A DNA stretch of 64,000 nucleotides from Gnetum montanum (Eukaryota > Plantae > Gnetophyta). The DNA lies in NCBI GenBank assembly GCA_015680685.1, contig MNCI01002011.1:251066-315065 (forward strand), given 5' to 3'. The position numbers and the translations under genes were made by a program. The notes under the pieces were generated by a model, which saw only the letters and a list, made by a program, of their open reading frames with translations, was not told where the DNA came from and did no database searches. Below are positions 27,401-41,399 of this stretch, piece by piece (within the stretch, counting starts at the first letter, position 1; each line of letters opens with the position of its first letter).

Positions 27401-28390
27401 GTTCATCAGTAATGGGATTTAAGATGACTTTGAAATTGTTACATACAATGTAAGTTCATTGAATATGATGGCAGTCTGGGGAAGAAAGCTATCCTCATAT
27501 TTACTATTAAAAGGAATATGTTTGTTCAATAAAGTTTAATGTAATTTGGATTTTAACATCAAGCCTTCATTCATCATTATATGAATTTTCAAAGATTTAA
27601 ATTATTAAGTGAACAATTCAATATCGCAACTTAATTTAAAAGAGTTGATTTGAGTAACAAATGAAAGATTATTGCTTAATAGAAGATTGAAAAATTCTCT
27701 TAACACTTTAAGATTTGAGAAATAATTATGACATTCATTTAGGATGTAATGCACTCTATGACCATGTCAAGGTGGTGTGACCTAAATAATGATGTAATTA
27801 ACATATAAGTTAGGCTAATATGTTGAACACCTTAATTTGGGGAATTTATTCCTTATCTTCTTCATCTGGAGTACTTCCCATAAGCCAAGCATTTGTTTTC
27901 ACTAACAAGCATACTTTTTTTATTTTTAACTTTAAAACCAAACCATATTTTAAAGGTCATTTACCTTATAATAATTTTACTTTTATCAACAATATTATCC
28001 AATTTCTAACATACATTGTAGGAACTAAACATTATTGTGATAAAAATACTAGCATCATTGTTAGTAGCACCATCATATATTTCTCACTTCTAAGCCCAAT
28101 GCTCATGAATTCATGTTGTTATTCTCTGTTCACTAATGTAAATATGAGATTTTTCATACTTAATTGATTGAGCCAAACTCTACATATATGAACATTTTGT
28201 TGATGCCTTACTATTATATATTTCCAACATTGTTTACATAACTTACATTTTTTCTAACATTTAAGTCTCTACTCATTTTCATAAGAGTGTCTGGGTATGT
28301 AATTTTTTTAACTCAACATTGAATAAAAAGGATAAAAGCTTTATAACTATCTAGAAATGTTTATAGGATAATGGTAGGTATCTTGGATTA
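24500..28390 (-). mobile_element. Highly decayed LINE (L1-like ORF2/RT) remnant; boundaries approximate
   Basis: Traces on the - strand in LINE RT order: YYRP (~27285), Q-GF..NDNI (~27045-27085), DFAKAYD-like (~26945), LLSFTDDL (26593-26622, cf. FADD). Confidence 0.5.
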
Positions 28391-28397
28391 TTGTTTA

Positions 28398-29990
28398 TGT
28401 GCATCAATTAACTTAGAAGTGGGGAGGAGGGTTGAATGAGTTATAAATTAACAAGTAAATTATAAAAGAAAAAACTAAAAATATAAAACTAACTGTTTAA
28501 ATATAATGGACTATCTTAAGCAATTGTTTAAATATAAAGCAATGTATGTAGTAAAGTTCACCATCTTAAGATCTACTATGAATTAATAGCTATGGTTGAG
28601 ACTACCACTATGATAGATCCTTAAATGTTACATACTTTCTTACATGGTGAACAACAAGATTGGTTTCTCATAAGACTCCCAAGGACCTCACAAGATCAAA
28701 AATGAATTATGATGCTCTCGCAAGATAGACTTACAAACCCCTTAGGGTAGAAGAAAATTGACAAACACTTGAACCCTTCTAGGTTGTGATGTAGATCTTT
28801 CCTTAGTGAGATTCTACATTTTGCAAAGCTTCAAGGATTATATTAAGAATGAGATTATAGGATGGATGATTCTACAAATCATATATACAAAAGATATGTA
28901 AACACTAGGATAATATAATAAATCAAATAGCAATCCCTACATCTAAATCTAAGCATGCATGATACAAAAATAAGAGAGTAATAGATTAGATCAACATGTA
29001 CACATGGATGATTCAAAAAGAGTTGAAAACTTGGAAAATGATGTAACAATGGTGGTGCAGCTTTTAACAATCTTCCAACCCTTTTAAGATCATAGCAAAA
29101 ACAAGATGTTTATTCCAATGAGGTTAAGCTAATGATTATCTTGCATTACTTGAAAGATCAAATTTTGAAACCATTCGTTAATAATTCTCTCCTCCATGAA
29201 AGTTTCGCATGAAGAATTGGAGTTTGGGAAATGGCTATACATAGCATTTTTTATTTCCTTCAGTGGCTACTTAAGACATCAAGACATCTCATTTGAAGCT
29301 TGGATGTTTACACTGAGAAGGTTGAGCCTCAGGTGGAATGTTTAGAACATGCTAGAACATCTAGCTTAACATCTAGGTCAATTCTCATGGAACATCCACA
29401 TTGAGGTTGGGACACCCATCCTCGGTCATGGAACATTCATAATCTAGAACCTTTGTGATGAGGCTTGGAACATCTAGGCTAGGTGAAAGATAAACTATGA
29501 CCTTTGTTTTCTCTTAGCTTGAATGTTCACCATGAAGCCTAGACATATGGGGTTAAGAAAAAATAATGTTGACTTGATCAATCCTTACCTTCATGCATCT
29601 CAAAATCCTTGATTTACATTCCTTAACCTTCACTTTGCTCAAGTGCTTAGCAACTTGGTCAATACTTAAAATACAAGCTCAACCAAACACACTTATTTAT
29701 TGTCTATTTCTTAGACAAAACATGGAATAGATCAATAATCTCTCTCTTTTTGGTAATATCTAAAAACTTGAGAATGAGTGAGTAGTACAAAATCTAAAAA
29801 CATAAAATATAGAACTTGAAAAGATAAAATACATAAATAATATAAAGATAAAACATATGAAAGACATGAGATAAATAAAATATGGAAATTATGACAATGT
29901 ATGAACATTAAGACTAGAGCCCATTGACATAATATCCTCATTCTCTCTTTCTTTCTTTTTCACATCATCTAAAAAGATGGAAAGATTTCC
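28398..29990 (-). mobile_element. Truncated SIRE/Maximus-like Copia 3' end: LTR 28398-29737 plus upstream PPTs
   Basis: On the - strand: U5 motif ATTCAACCCTCC..CTTCTAAGTT at the LTR end, PPT ACCAAAAAAGAGAGAGAT at 29738-29753, and a second PPT-like tract at ~29940-29965. Similar to 35010-35260. Confidence 0.7.
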
Positions 29991-31732
29991 ATATGTACTT
30001 AATTTAAGTCCTTAACCTATTATCTTGAAGGATTATGACCTTCCTCCTCATCATAATAAGTACTATGAGCAAGAGACTTTCCATTTGAATCCATAGGCTC
30101 AAGTATAATTTTCTAGTACCATCATTAATGAAGCTTCTCTTTGAAACCTAACCTCAAAGTCCCAACTAACTAAAAGACATAAGTCTCATTAGAAGAATGA
30201 ATTTGTTAATAAGTATTTGACATTGAAGAATAAAATAAACTATCCATGGCCCCATAGTCAAAGGAATCATTAATTATTCTCTAGCTCTTGGAAGTTAACT
30301 TCCTTTCAACCTATATCTTTTGCTGGTCCTCATGTGGGTAATGAAGCTGATCCTCATGGCCCTACTACTTCCCCTAGCAATATACTTCCCCTACATGCAC
30401 TAACTTCTCATCTAAGTTCTTTTTCATGCCTAAATCATAGCCCTTGGATAGGCCAACATTAGAAGCATGAGCATGAGTAACATGCTTCTTTCACTAAATA
30501 GGGATTCCAATTGGATCCTTCTCTAAAATGAAAGGCGGTGTTGACCTTTTGGTTTGTCAAAAATTTAGAAAATTAAAAATGTGAAAAAATGTATTTGTAT
30601 TACCTTAAAAGTTTAAGGATAGACCAAGAACATGAAGACATTAGGACAATAGCACAATCAAGAGCTTTAATGTATCAAGACAGAGAAAATCCTAAGTTAG
30701 AAAAATAGCTACATCAACATGACAACAAGACCCAAGACTTCAAAATAAGAGGTATGTTGGGATGACAATATAAGAGCTAGGATACAAGATAAGTCTACGA
30801 GCCAAATGAAGATGTTTTGGGAACTACCCAGATGTTGAAATGTCAAAGCAATGATTCAAAGTTCAATGTGCTTGCAAGGTAGACATATCACATTAGTAGT
30901 AGACGTCTAACTCTTGGAAAAGACATCTAAGGGTAGACGTCTAAGGGTATATGTCTTTCCAAAATTGACAGTTTTGATAGAAAGATATCTTCACTTAGAA
31001 TTAAACATCTCAAATAGCCATTATCTAGCTATTGGAGAAATTCTAAGGGTTTTTGGAAGCCTAAAGAGTATAAAACAAAGTGGAATTCATGAGAAAGAAG
31101 AAGAACCATTTATTGAATATCTATCCTTGGCTACTCCAAAAGTAAATTTTCTTGGTTATTCATTGTTTCATCATTGGTAATGTGTTGTATGTGCTGAGAG
31201 TCATATTACAAGAAATTTGTAATTTGAGCTACACTCTCTCCTTAATTCTTTTGTTCTTTCTTATTAGCCCTATGGGGTTAATGTACTTCTTATGGGCAGG
31301 CATCTTCATTGAGCTTGTCAGGACCTTGAGAGGTTGAGTGGGTTTGTAATGATAAAACATTCTAGTGTGAAGCTTATGTTTGTAAAGGTTGTGGAATCCT
31401 TTAAACCAATATTTAAGCTTATTGGGACCTTACGGGGTTGAATGATTTCATGGCAATGAAACACTCCAAAGCGGAGCTCAAATCTTGTAAAGGTTGTGCT
31501 GCCCTTCAAAATACATTTTTGAAGTAATAAAGTCTAGAGGTGTGCATGGATTCTACCCTCCAAGTGTGGATGTACCCAAGTTTGGGAACCACATAAAAAT
31601 TATGTTTGATTTTGGTGGCTACAATGATTTAAATTAGGAAACTTATTCAACCCCCCTTCTAAGTTCTTGATCCACAAGTGGCATCAGAGCCTAGTATTCT
31701 TGGGTTTGAGCATAATAACTCAAGAGTGAGTG

Positions 31733-32760
31733 ATGGAAGGAGGATCATACATGAATTTACCAATGTTCAATGAGGTTACCTTTATGTGCTAGAAGATTCA
31801 AATGTAATAATTCTTTAAGTATATAAGGTTCTTAGTTTAGGAATTTATCTTGGATGGATGCACTCAACTCATCAGTAGCATGTTGGGTAGCAAAGATAAG
31901 ACAAGAGGTAAGCAATATAAACATTTAAATTTTGATACCTCTTCTATGAAATGTTGGATATGTTGTGGAAGAGGCCATATGGCCTTTGAATACCCCAATG
32001 TTTACAGGTTGTAAGAGAAAAGGTATAGTGAAGAATGGAGAAAAAGTAACATCTATATAAGTTGGGATGATGAAGAGGAAATAAGAAATACACCCAAAGA
32101 TTCATATCTTTCATGTATAGCCCTAAAAAATCTAGAATCTATTAATGATTCTATCTCTGATGATGAAGCTAAAGAAGATGAGACTTCTTTGAAAGAAAGG
32201 TATGAGCTACTTTGTAATAAGGTAATTTCCTTTCCAAGATTATGTAGCAAAATGAAAAAGGCCATGTATACTAAAGAACTAGGGATAGCTCAACTTAATA
32301 TAAAGTGCTCAAATCTTAAGAAGGAAAACTCAAACCTAAGGGTTGAGGTAGAAAAGCTAACCATTTCCCATGAGCATATTAACAAGGATCTTGAAAATTT
32401 GAAGCTCATCAATGATAGGTTAACATAGGAGAAGGATACTCTACAAATCATGTTGGGACAAAGTGGAGATCCAAATAATGACATAGAACTAATAAGTCAT
32501 TCCCACTATAAGACATCTACTTGTACTTCATCAAATACAATGTATACACCTAGGCTTGCTCATGTAGCTAAAATGAGAAATAGTATGTGTTTTCATTGTG
32601 GTAATTTTAGGCATAAGCAATCTTATTGCTATTTACAATCAAGCATTATAAATTGACTACATGGTCTTATCAAAAAAAGCCTAGAAAGTATGACTTGTAG
32701 GTTAGAAAGGTTTGGAGGCCCAAGGTAAGAAAGCTAGAGAAAGAATTTAGTGACTCAAAA
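31733..32760 (+). pseudogene. gag: SIRE-type gag remnant with two zinc-knuckle relics and a coiled-coil extension
   Basis: MEGGSYMNLPMFNE.., CWICCGRGHMAFE (~31952), coiled coil LKKENSNLRVEVEKL, CFHCGNFRHKQSYC (~32588). Confidence 0.75.
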
Positions 32761-35491
32761 AAACATCTTCATGTTAAAAAAGGAAAAGATCATATGCATG
32801 CTATGGAGGTACTCTATGATAAAGGACCTCATCCTAAACTCCCTTAATCATGTTCATACCCAAAAGTAACCAAGGTAAGTAATGGTAAGTATAACTATAA
32901 TCAATATTCCTTGACTTGATGAGATTAGACTAGGTTGATTTATTTTTATGCTAGCATTTAGAACAATGGTTGAATGGAAGCTATTTAAAATCATTGAATA
33001 CACAAAGAAATTTCCACTTGGTCTTGCAAATTGTTGAGCTATAATGACCTTCTTCTACTACTTTTAATGTTTTTTGTTGATAAATTATGTTCTTAACTAG
33101 AATGTATTGGTTTCAAGTGGTTTAAAGCACTTGATTGTAATTCATGGACCAAAATCTCTTTGCTGAATGTTCATTGTTATTTAAACATATGTGTCTTATG
33201 TTCCATACTCTTAACTAATTTATGATATGGAATTGTTTCTTCCTTGTGAAATCATAAAGTCTAATTATTTTTACAGGTTTTTGATGTACAGAAATTGAAT
33301 AAAGGCAACATTTTCAAAAGGAATTCCTTAAGTATATGAATTATTTGCTATCTTTATCATAAGGTACTACTAACAGGAGGTCTTATTTTCAAAAGTTTCC
33401 AAACTTGATCTTGATATGACACTGCAAATTTATGGACATTTGATGAGGACATCACCTAACCCTTGTGGTGTTTTTCCATGTTTGGGGATGTTTTGAACTT
33501 ATTTTGATGTGTTTGGAAGGTTTCAAGGGAGATGGGGACTTTTTTGGAGGTGTCTGAAGGTTCCAAACTTTAACATGAGCATCTCTAATTTTTTCCCTAG
33601 TAGGATAGATGTCTACTCTAATAATTAGACATCTCAACTACATTCAAGACATCTACTATTTTTTCAAGATGTCTAGTACAAATTCCAATGAATGAATTAC
33701 AATAGATGGAAATCGTGATGCTTCTATGATCTTTTACTTGTTGACCTTCTTGAAAGAAATTCCTTGCAAACAAATTACTTGAAGATCCTAAAAGGCTAGA
33801 GGGGAGATAACCACTTTCTACAATAGATGGTTCAAAAGATGGGACATATATGCAGGTGGAGCATCAATGTAGGGTAAGTATTGAGTGATTCTCTCAAAGA
33901 TATGATATCTTAATTGCAAGCTTCCAATCTCTAGCACCTATATCAAAAAACAAACAAGGATGAACATATTCATTCGGTAATGTTTTGAAGATCAAAGAAG
34001 AAATTTATTTATTAATTTTTAGAATCTTAACCTAAAGTTTGTCTTTCTTGGTGAAAGCTCTTGAACTCTATATGTTATATTAACTTGTGAGCACTATATT
34101 AAGGATTTAATGGTTCATGTCTGACATTTTATATTCTAAGAATGTATCATTGTAAGTATCTAGGATCCTTATTGCAAGTATAAACTATGTAGTACTCACC
34201 AAAGAGTTCTCAAGAACCTTTAATTATTTTTTGGAACTAGAAAAGGTATTCATGCTATCTTTTGGTAAGGTTTTTAAGGTAATCTTATAAATGATAAGTT
34301 ATATATGTGTTGATATTTTCTCTCAACATGGTTATCATAAGTTAGTTTTTGAACTTCTTGATAAGGAGATGGTGGATTATTTTTTATCTATTTCTTAATA
34401 ATTGATTGTACATATATTTACTCTCCTTGGCATGAAATTGTTATATATTTTGAATTTGAATGATGAGTTTAGAAAGTTTTAATGATCTTTTTCACAATAT
34501 TGGGAATAGATGAAGACCAAATGATGTGTCTTGATTTGTATCATTAACAATCTTCATGCATATTTTTGGTTAGCATGGATTGTTATACAACTCTGATCAC
34601 TTGTGAAGTTTAAGCCCTATGAAAGGAGAAGTATATTGGATGATTATCCCGATATCATGAGATATTTTATTACTAATGACTTATTGGTTCAAAGATAGTA
34701 TACATGATCTTCAATGCTCGGACTTTGAAATTCGACCTTTGGATATCAACTAAAAGGCTTAGGTTCATTGTGCCTCATTATGTCTAACTTTGTTTGTGAT
34801 TAGATAAAGGGGAATTCTTAATGAAATTTGGTTTTTTCTTCATTAGCCTTATGAAATCAATGCTAAAGGATGTGTACTCTTTAACTAATATCCATCATGT
34901 TTTCTTCCTTAGCTAAATGTTTGTATCTCTATGGTATTGTCATATGATGTTATCAAATTTTACCTTATGAAACTTTATTAAGGATGTTTGGATAGGTACT
35001 TTTCATGATCCCATCCTTTTGGGTGTTGTCCAAAATGGAGGAGAATTTTGTGACATTATTCATGCATACTATATGATGTTTCTCTTTTTAAGATGCATAC
35101 TATATGATGTTTCTCTTTTTACTATATATCTTTGATGATAGGTTTGTGATATGTCCAATGCATTGTATTTTGCTATATGAAAATGTTTATGCTTTTATTG
35201 TTATGGTATTAGGCTCACCCAATTTCTCAAGTTTTGGAAATCACCAAAAATGGGTAGATTTTTGACCTTTTGGTATGTCAAAAACCTAGAAAATGCATAA
35301 TGTGGAAAATGTATTTGTATTGCCTTGCAAGTCTAAGGGTAGACTGAGAGCATGATGAGAGAGCGACAATAGCACAATCAAAAGCTTAAATGTATCAAGA
35401 CATTAGATTAGGACAAAGAGAAAATCCTAAGTCAAAATGAGAGTTACATTGAGATGGCAAGAAGATCCAAGACTTTAAAATAAGAGCTACA

Positions 35492-37169
35492 TGTAGCAAC
35501 TAAAAACATCAGTGGCTGGAATGCCAAGGGGTCCACGAGCACATAGTTTGGCCCTGAGTTGACATGAGGGCCTACTGAAGGTGGAGATAAGGTGCCCTAA
35601 ATGGTCTTGTCAACAAATAAGAACTTACCAAATGTGATGCCAAATGATGCTAAGTGTTAAGTAGTGTTCGAGGTGTCAGTGATGTCAATGGGGTGAGCGT
35701 AGTCAAGGGTTTCAATGCAAAACAAAGGTACCAACATGTGAGGACCACTACCCAAGCATGGCTATGGATTAGAACAATGAAAAATGCAAGTAAAACTACT
35801 AGAAATGTAAAGAAAGAGAGCAACAGAGAACTGAACACCACCCCAAGTGGGGTTGAGCGTAGTTAACTTTAGAAGGGATGAGAAGATATGTGGTGTATAA
35901 CAAGTGCAGTGGATAGCATAGTCATAGTCTCGGGGGTGTTTGGCCATGAAGACTGAAGTTCTACCATAGTATCTATGCCTATCGAGTTGGCCGCTGCGAT
36001 GAGCAATGGGCTGCGATCATCCATGGTGTCCTATGGTGAGCTACGATGGTGTGTAACCTCGCCAAATGCTAACCCAAAATTTGCAAATGTCTTGAATTGC
36101 CAAAATGCCAAATGTGCTTCAAATTTTCCAACCCCAAAAACATTGAGAGCTAGAGTATTTATAGGCCTAGGATTAGCGTGAAATGTGAATCAACTACCAC
36201 GTGGTTGTGGGATGGTTGGAACTATGTCACATCCAACTATGCTCTCCACTAAGGCTAGTGATGTTATGCTTTGCTATGCTATAAAAAAATTTATGAGACC
36301 ATGAGACTGTGACTATGATACCAATTGCATGTGCATGTACCGAAAAGATTACAATGTACTTGAAAAAATGCAACTTTGGAGACTATGCTCTCCATTGTCT
36401 TGTGTGGGGTCAAGTGTAGTTACAATTTGGGGCCAAGAAAGGGGTACAAAAAAGATACATTTTTGCTAAGTATGCTTGCCAAGGATGAGTTAGAGCTAAG
36501 GTGAATGTTGGTGCTATGTTATGAAGGCCTTTAGAGGCTATTCTAGCTAACTATGCTTTGGACTAAGGGAGAGCATAGTCCCACACTTGGAAACATTTTG
36601 CAAAAAGTGACTATGTGTTGACTATGCTCTCTTTGGGAGGCTAAATACACTCCCAATTGGGGTCAAGCATAGTCCTAGAACTTTTCAAGACTTGCAGAAA
36701 CTGGCTTCTAGTTGACTATGCTTGACTATGCTCTAGGGTAATGAAGAGCGTAGTCTCAACACTACAAAAATTTCTGCAAAACTAGGTCTTCCATGCTGAC
36801 TACGCTTGGCTATGCTCTAGGGTAGTGGAGAGTGTAGTCATAGCACTTATAAAATTCTACAATGGTTGGCTTAACACTTAGAAAAATTTGCAAAACTCGC
36901 CTTTGCGCTAACTACACTCTAGGGTAGTGGAGAGCATAGTTCCAACACTTGGAAAAAATTTGCAGCTTCTTGCTTCGCAATGACACTTAGGAAAAATTGC
37001 AAAAAATAAATTTTTGGAGCTAATTACACCCTCCACTAGGTTGACTATGCTCTAGGAAAATAGAGAATGTAGTCTAAGCACTTTGACAAATTTGCAAAAA
37101 GTGGCCTCATGTTGACACTTAAGCAAGTTTGCAGTCAAGACATTGTAGCTCGAATTTGGTGGTGTTTCA
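35492..37169 (-). mobile_element. Solo LTR of the Tat2-related family inserted in the SIRE 3' LTR
   Basis: Perfect TSD CTACA (35487-35491 and 37170-37174). - strand start TGAAACACCACC. - strand end CCAGCCACTGATGTTTTTAGTTGCTACA matches 53417-53444. TATA at ~36158. GACTATGCT/AGCATAGTC repeats. Confidence 0.9.
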
Positions 37170-37805
37170 CTACATTGGGATAACAAGATAAGTGCAAGAT
37201 ACAAGAGAATTATACAGGCCAAATGAAGATGTTTTGGGAACTATCAAGATGCTAAAATGTTAGAGCAATGATTCAAAGTTCAATGTCCTTGCAAGGTAGA
37301 CATCTTGCATTGGCAACAAATGTCTAACTCTTGGAAAAGACATCTAAGGGTAGACATATAAGGGTAGATGTCTTTCCAAAATTAGTAGTGTTGATAGAAA
37401 GATGTATTCACTTCAAATTAGACATCTCATATAGCCATTTGATGAATTCCAAGGGATTTTCAAAAGCTCAAAGTGTATAAAACAAAGTGGAATTCATGAG
37501 AAAGGAGAGGAATTATTTATTGAATATCTATCCTTGGCTACTCCAAAAGTGAATTTTCTTTATTCTTCATTGTTTCATCATTTGTAATGTGTTGTATCTA
37601 CTGAGATCCCTCTTGCAAGGAATTTGTAATTTGAGTTACAATCTCTCCTTAATTCCTGACCTGTTTCTTATAAGCCCTACGGAATTCATGTGCTTCTTGT
37701 AGGAAGGCATTTTTGTTGAGCTTGTTGGAACCTTAAGGGGTTGAGTGATTTTACAACAACAAAACACTCTAGTGTGAAGGTCACATCTGTAAAGTTTATG
37801 GGATT

Positions 37806-40800
37806 TTTTGATGCCAACATTGTCAATGCTAGGCATGGAACTATGATTAACAAGTGTAATCCCTTGGCATCAAGCACAAAGAAAGTTAATTTGTACAAGC
37901 ATGTCTTGGGGCCTGATTCATAATGGCAAGCTTGTGGCAATGGTTACATTGCCATGTCATGATGACATGGATGTAATCACCTAGGTGGTGTAGAAAATAG
38001 ATTACATAATAGCTACAAAGGTGGCACAACCAATGGTGGTGGTTTCGGAAGTTACATGTGTTATGCAGAGATGTTGGACATGGTTGTAACCAATGGAGAA
38101 CATGGTGGAGAACATGGTAATAGTGGCAAGAGTTATGAAGGTGGTGGGAAAAGTGGGATGTGATGGATGCTATGCTAGGTGAGTGGCGGTAACTGTTGGT
38201 GTGGAAGTTATGATTGCAGTAACCAATGGCAAGTGGTAACCGAAACTGACATGGGACATGGCCATTTAAAACTACTAGAAAAGTTGCTATAAAAGAAGAA
38301 TAGAGGTGGGTAGCAAAGGAAAAACATTGGGTCTAGCCTCTCTCTCACATTGGAGGCCAACCTCTCTCTCACATTGGGGACCAACCTCTCTCTCATCGAG
38401 GTCCAACTTCTCCTCTCTTTAGCAACATGCGTGATAGATAGAATGGTGTGCACACTAGGAAACAAAGGCTATGAATAACGTGCTTATAGCACACAAAGTG
38501 GACAGTAGTGACATATCTCTCTCTCTCTCTCTCTTCTCCCTTTTCTAGCAGATGGTGGTAGATAGAACTGTGAATTGTAATGGTAGCAGCAACACATAAT
38601 GATAGTAAGCGATGCAATCAATAGCAGAGCAGATCTCTCTACCTCCCCTCACTCCTGTAGGTACATCAGTAGATAGTGCAGGTATGGAGCAACAGTTAGC
38701 AACTACAACAAGGTTCTTTCTTCTTTCTCTCTTCAGCAACAATGACATGCGTGGCATGCGCCAAAAGATTTTGATAGCAATAACATGATAGGCATCAAAA
38801 GTTGTAGGGTGCATGAGGTTCTATTTTTCCTTCCTCCCAAAGATGGTCAATAGGCATGTGACTCATGGTAGTCAACAAGTGATGCAGACAATGCATGGCA
38901 AATGGTGGCATGTGCAGTAGGCTCTTGCGTGGTTAACATCAGCAACTACAGCAGGTGATCTCTCTTCCACCAACAGAGGCCAACGGGTGGCAACATTCCC
39001 ATAGTGAGAATGAGCTATCTCTCCCTCTCAGTGGTTGCAACGTGTGCAAATGATGGAAAATAGCATGATAGTGGTAGACACATCAATTGTTCGGCCAATA
39101 GTGGTGGAACATATCTCTCTCTCTCTCTTCCTCTCTAACGATGATCATGGTCTTCTTGCCCAACAGTGGGCACCACTAGTAGCAACAATAGGAACTAGGA
39201 AAAAGTTTAAATTTTCTAGTTATCTACTATATTTTCATGAAGTCTTGAAGTTTAATACAGTTATCTAATTTAAATTCCCTTAATTTTTTCTAGTTTTCTT
39301 TCCTTTTTAAATGCCACATAGCCCTCTCCAACTAAGACTATTCCCAGGTTTCCATACCTATATGGGAGGTGTCCTAGGTAATAGTCTCCTCAAATGAGTT
39401 TTTTTTTCTTGGTGCTGGTGCATCCAAAATTTATGCATCAATAGCTTTTTGACACTAGAAGGAGGGATATTTTTCAGCCTTTGTTTTCCCAATTTGTGAA
39501 ATATTAATTTTTGTTGTCATTTTTCTTATTCTTAATCCTATTTTGTTCCTATTTCAAAACTATTGTTTCCCCTAAATTTTATTTTCTTGTACTTATTATT
39601 TAAAACACTTGTCTTCAACCCCTTTATTTTTTACCTTTTTTGAAAAATTAATGCTTCCTATTTTTTGAATATTACCATTGTCATTACTAGAATCCTAAAC
39701 CTTCTTTTCCTAGTTCTGATTTTGGCAATCCTTACCTATGTCCTAACTTTTTCCTCTATCTTCTACATCTCCTTTTAAGATTTCTATGGTTGTGCTATTC
39801 CTTACACTTGCATGCAATTTCTAGTTTGGGGGCTAAGTGTTAATACCATCGCCCATGCTAAGCACGGGGCCATGATCAACAAGTGTAATCCCTTAGCACC
39901 AAGCACAAAGAAAGTTAATTTCTACAAGCACATCTTGGGGCTCAATTCATAATGGCAAGCTTATGGTAGCAGTTACGTTGCCACACCATGATGGCATGAA
40001 CGTAATGGTCCGAGTGGTGTAGAACGTGGGTTACGTAATGACCGTAGAGGTGGCATAACCAACGGTGGTGGTGCTGGGAGTTACATGCATTACGCAAAGA
40101 TGTTGGACATGGTTGTAACTGATGGTGAACATGGTAAAGAACATGGTGATAGTGGAAGGAGTTACAAAGGCGGTGGATGAAGTGGGATGTGATGGCGATT
40201 ATGCTAGGTGAGTGGTGGTAACTATCGGTGTGGAAGTTACGCTTGCAATAACCAACAATGGGTTGTAACCGAAACCAACATGGGATGTGGGCATTCAAAA
40301 CCACCAAATGAGTTGCTATAAAAGGAGAATAAAGGTGGGGAGAAAAGGGAAAGCATTAGGGCCAGCCTCTCTTTCACATTGGGGGCCAACCTCTCCTCTC
40401 TTTGGTGGTGTATAACAGTGGCAATCACAACAACAATGGTAATGCATGGTAACTATAGCCAGCAACAGCATGCGACCTCCCTATGTAGCATGTGATAGGA
40501 GGGTGAGCTCTTGACAAACATAGACAAGTAGACAATGGTGCATCAACATTAGTAGGGTGTGTGGTAGGCTACAAGCAATGTTGGCTACAGTGGCATCTAT
40601 GGTGATGAGACAGCACAAACTGGCGGCAACAGTAGGGGCTAGGGAAAAGTATAAATTTTCTAGTTACCTATAGTATTTTCATGAAGTCTTGATGTTTAGG
40701 AAAATTATCCTATTCAAATTCCCTGATTTTCTAGTTTAATTACCTTTTTTTAACGTCACATGGCCCTCTCCAGCTCAAACTATTCTTAGGTTTCCGTATC

Positions 40801-40883
40801 CATACAGGAGGCACCCTAGGCAATAGTCTTCTTAAACAAGTTTTTTTCCCAGTGTTGGTGCATCTAAAATTTATACATCAATA
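37806..40883 (+). mobile_element. Non-coding Tat-type mini LTR element (two LTRs, ~0.4-kb internal region)
   Basis: Direct repeats 37806-39443 and 39838-40883, perfect TSD GGATT, PBS TGACACTAGAAGGAGGG at 39450-39466 (tRNA-Asn type), PPT TTTGGGGGCTAAG before 39838. Confidence 0.88.
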
Positions 40884-41399
40884 GGATTTTTTAAACCATA
40901 CTTTGAGCTTGTTGGGACCTTGTGGAATTGAATGGTTTCATGATGACGAAACACTCCAAAACAAAACTCAAATCTTATTAAGGTTGTAATGCCTTTTGAA
41001 CCATATTTCTGAAGCAACAAAGTCTTGAAGTGTGCATAGATTCTACCCTCTAAGTGTGAACATACCCAAGGTTGAGAATCATGTAAAAATTGTGTTTGAT
41101 TTTGGTGTCTATAGTGATTTCAATTAGCAAACTTATTCAAGCCCCCTTCTTAGTTCTTGATCCATAGGAAGCTCCTCCTACTATGAGGTGTTTGTATATC
41201 TCCTCTCAAGCCTTTCAACTTATCTTTCCAATCTAGATAGGTTGTATTCTATTTTGGTAATGGACTTAACCAAATCTCACAAAGCCTTGTCCAAGGTAAA
41301 ACCAAGTTGATCTTCAATAGATCAGGAATGGGAGAGATGAGACTTGGTACCCTGAGATGTTGATGAGCTACTATTTATTTGATGCGTTCATCCTTCTTC

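Larger units (their letters stand above)
30539..41146 (+). mobile_element. Non-autonomous gag-only SIRE/Maximus-like Copia element (TR-GAG-like)
   Basis: 5' LTR 30539-31676. tRNA-iMet PBS TGGCATCAGAGC at 31679-31690. SIRE U5 motif ATTCAACCCCCCTTCT. Multiple PPTs (~34800, ~35030, ~35245). 3' LTR 35260-41146 split by two insertions. Flanks GGCGG/GGAAG (degraded TSD). Confidence 0.85.

Noticed and set aside
37798-37808. Apparent 11-bp TSD for the mini-element
   Set aside because: Aligning the two LTRs moves the termini to 37806 and 40883 and gives a normal 5-bp TSD, GGATT.
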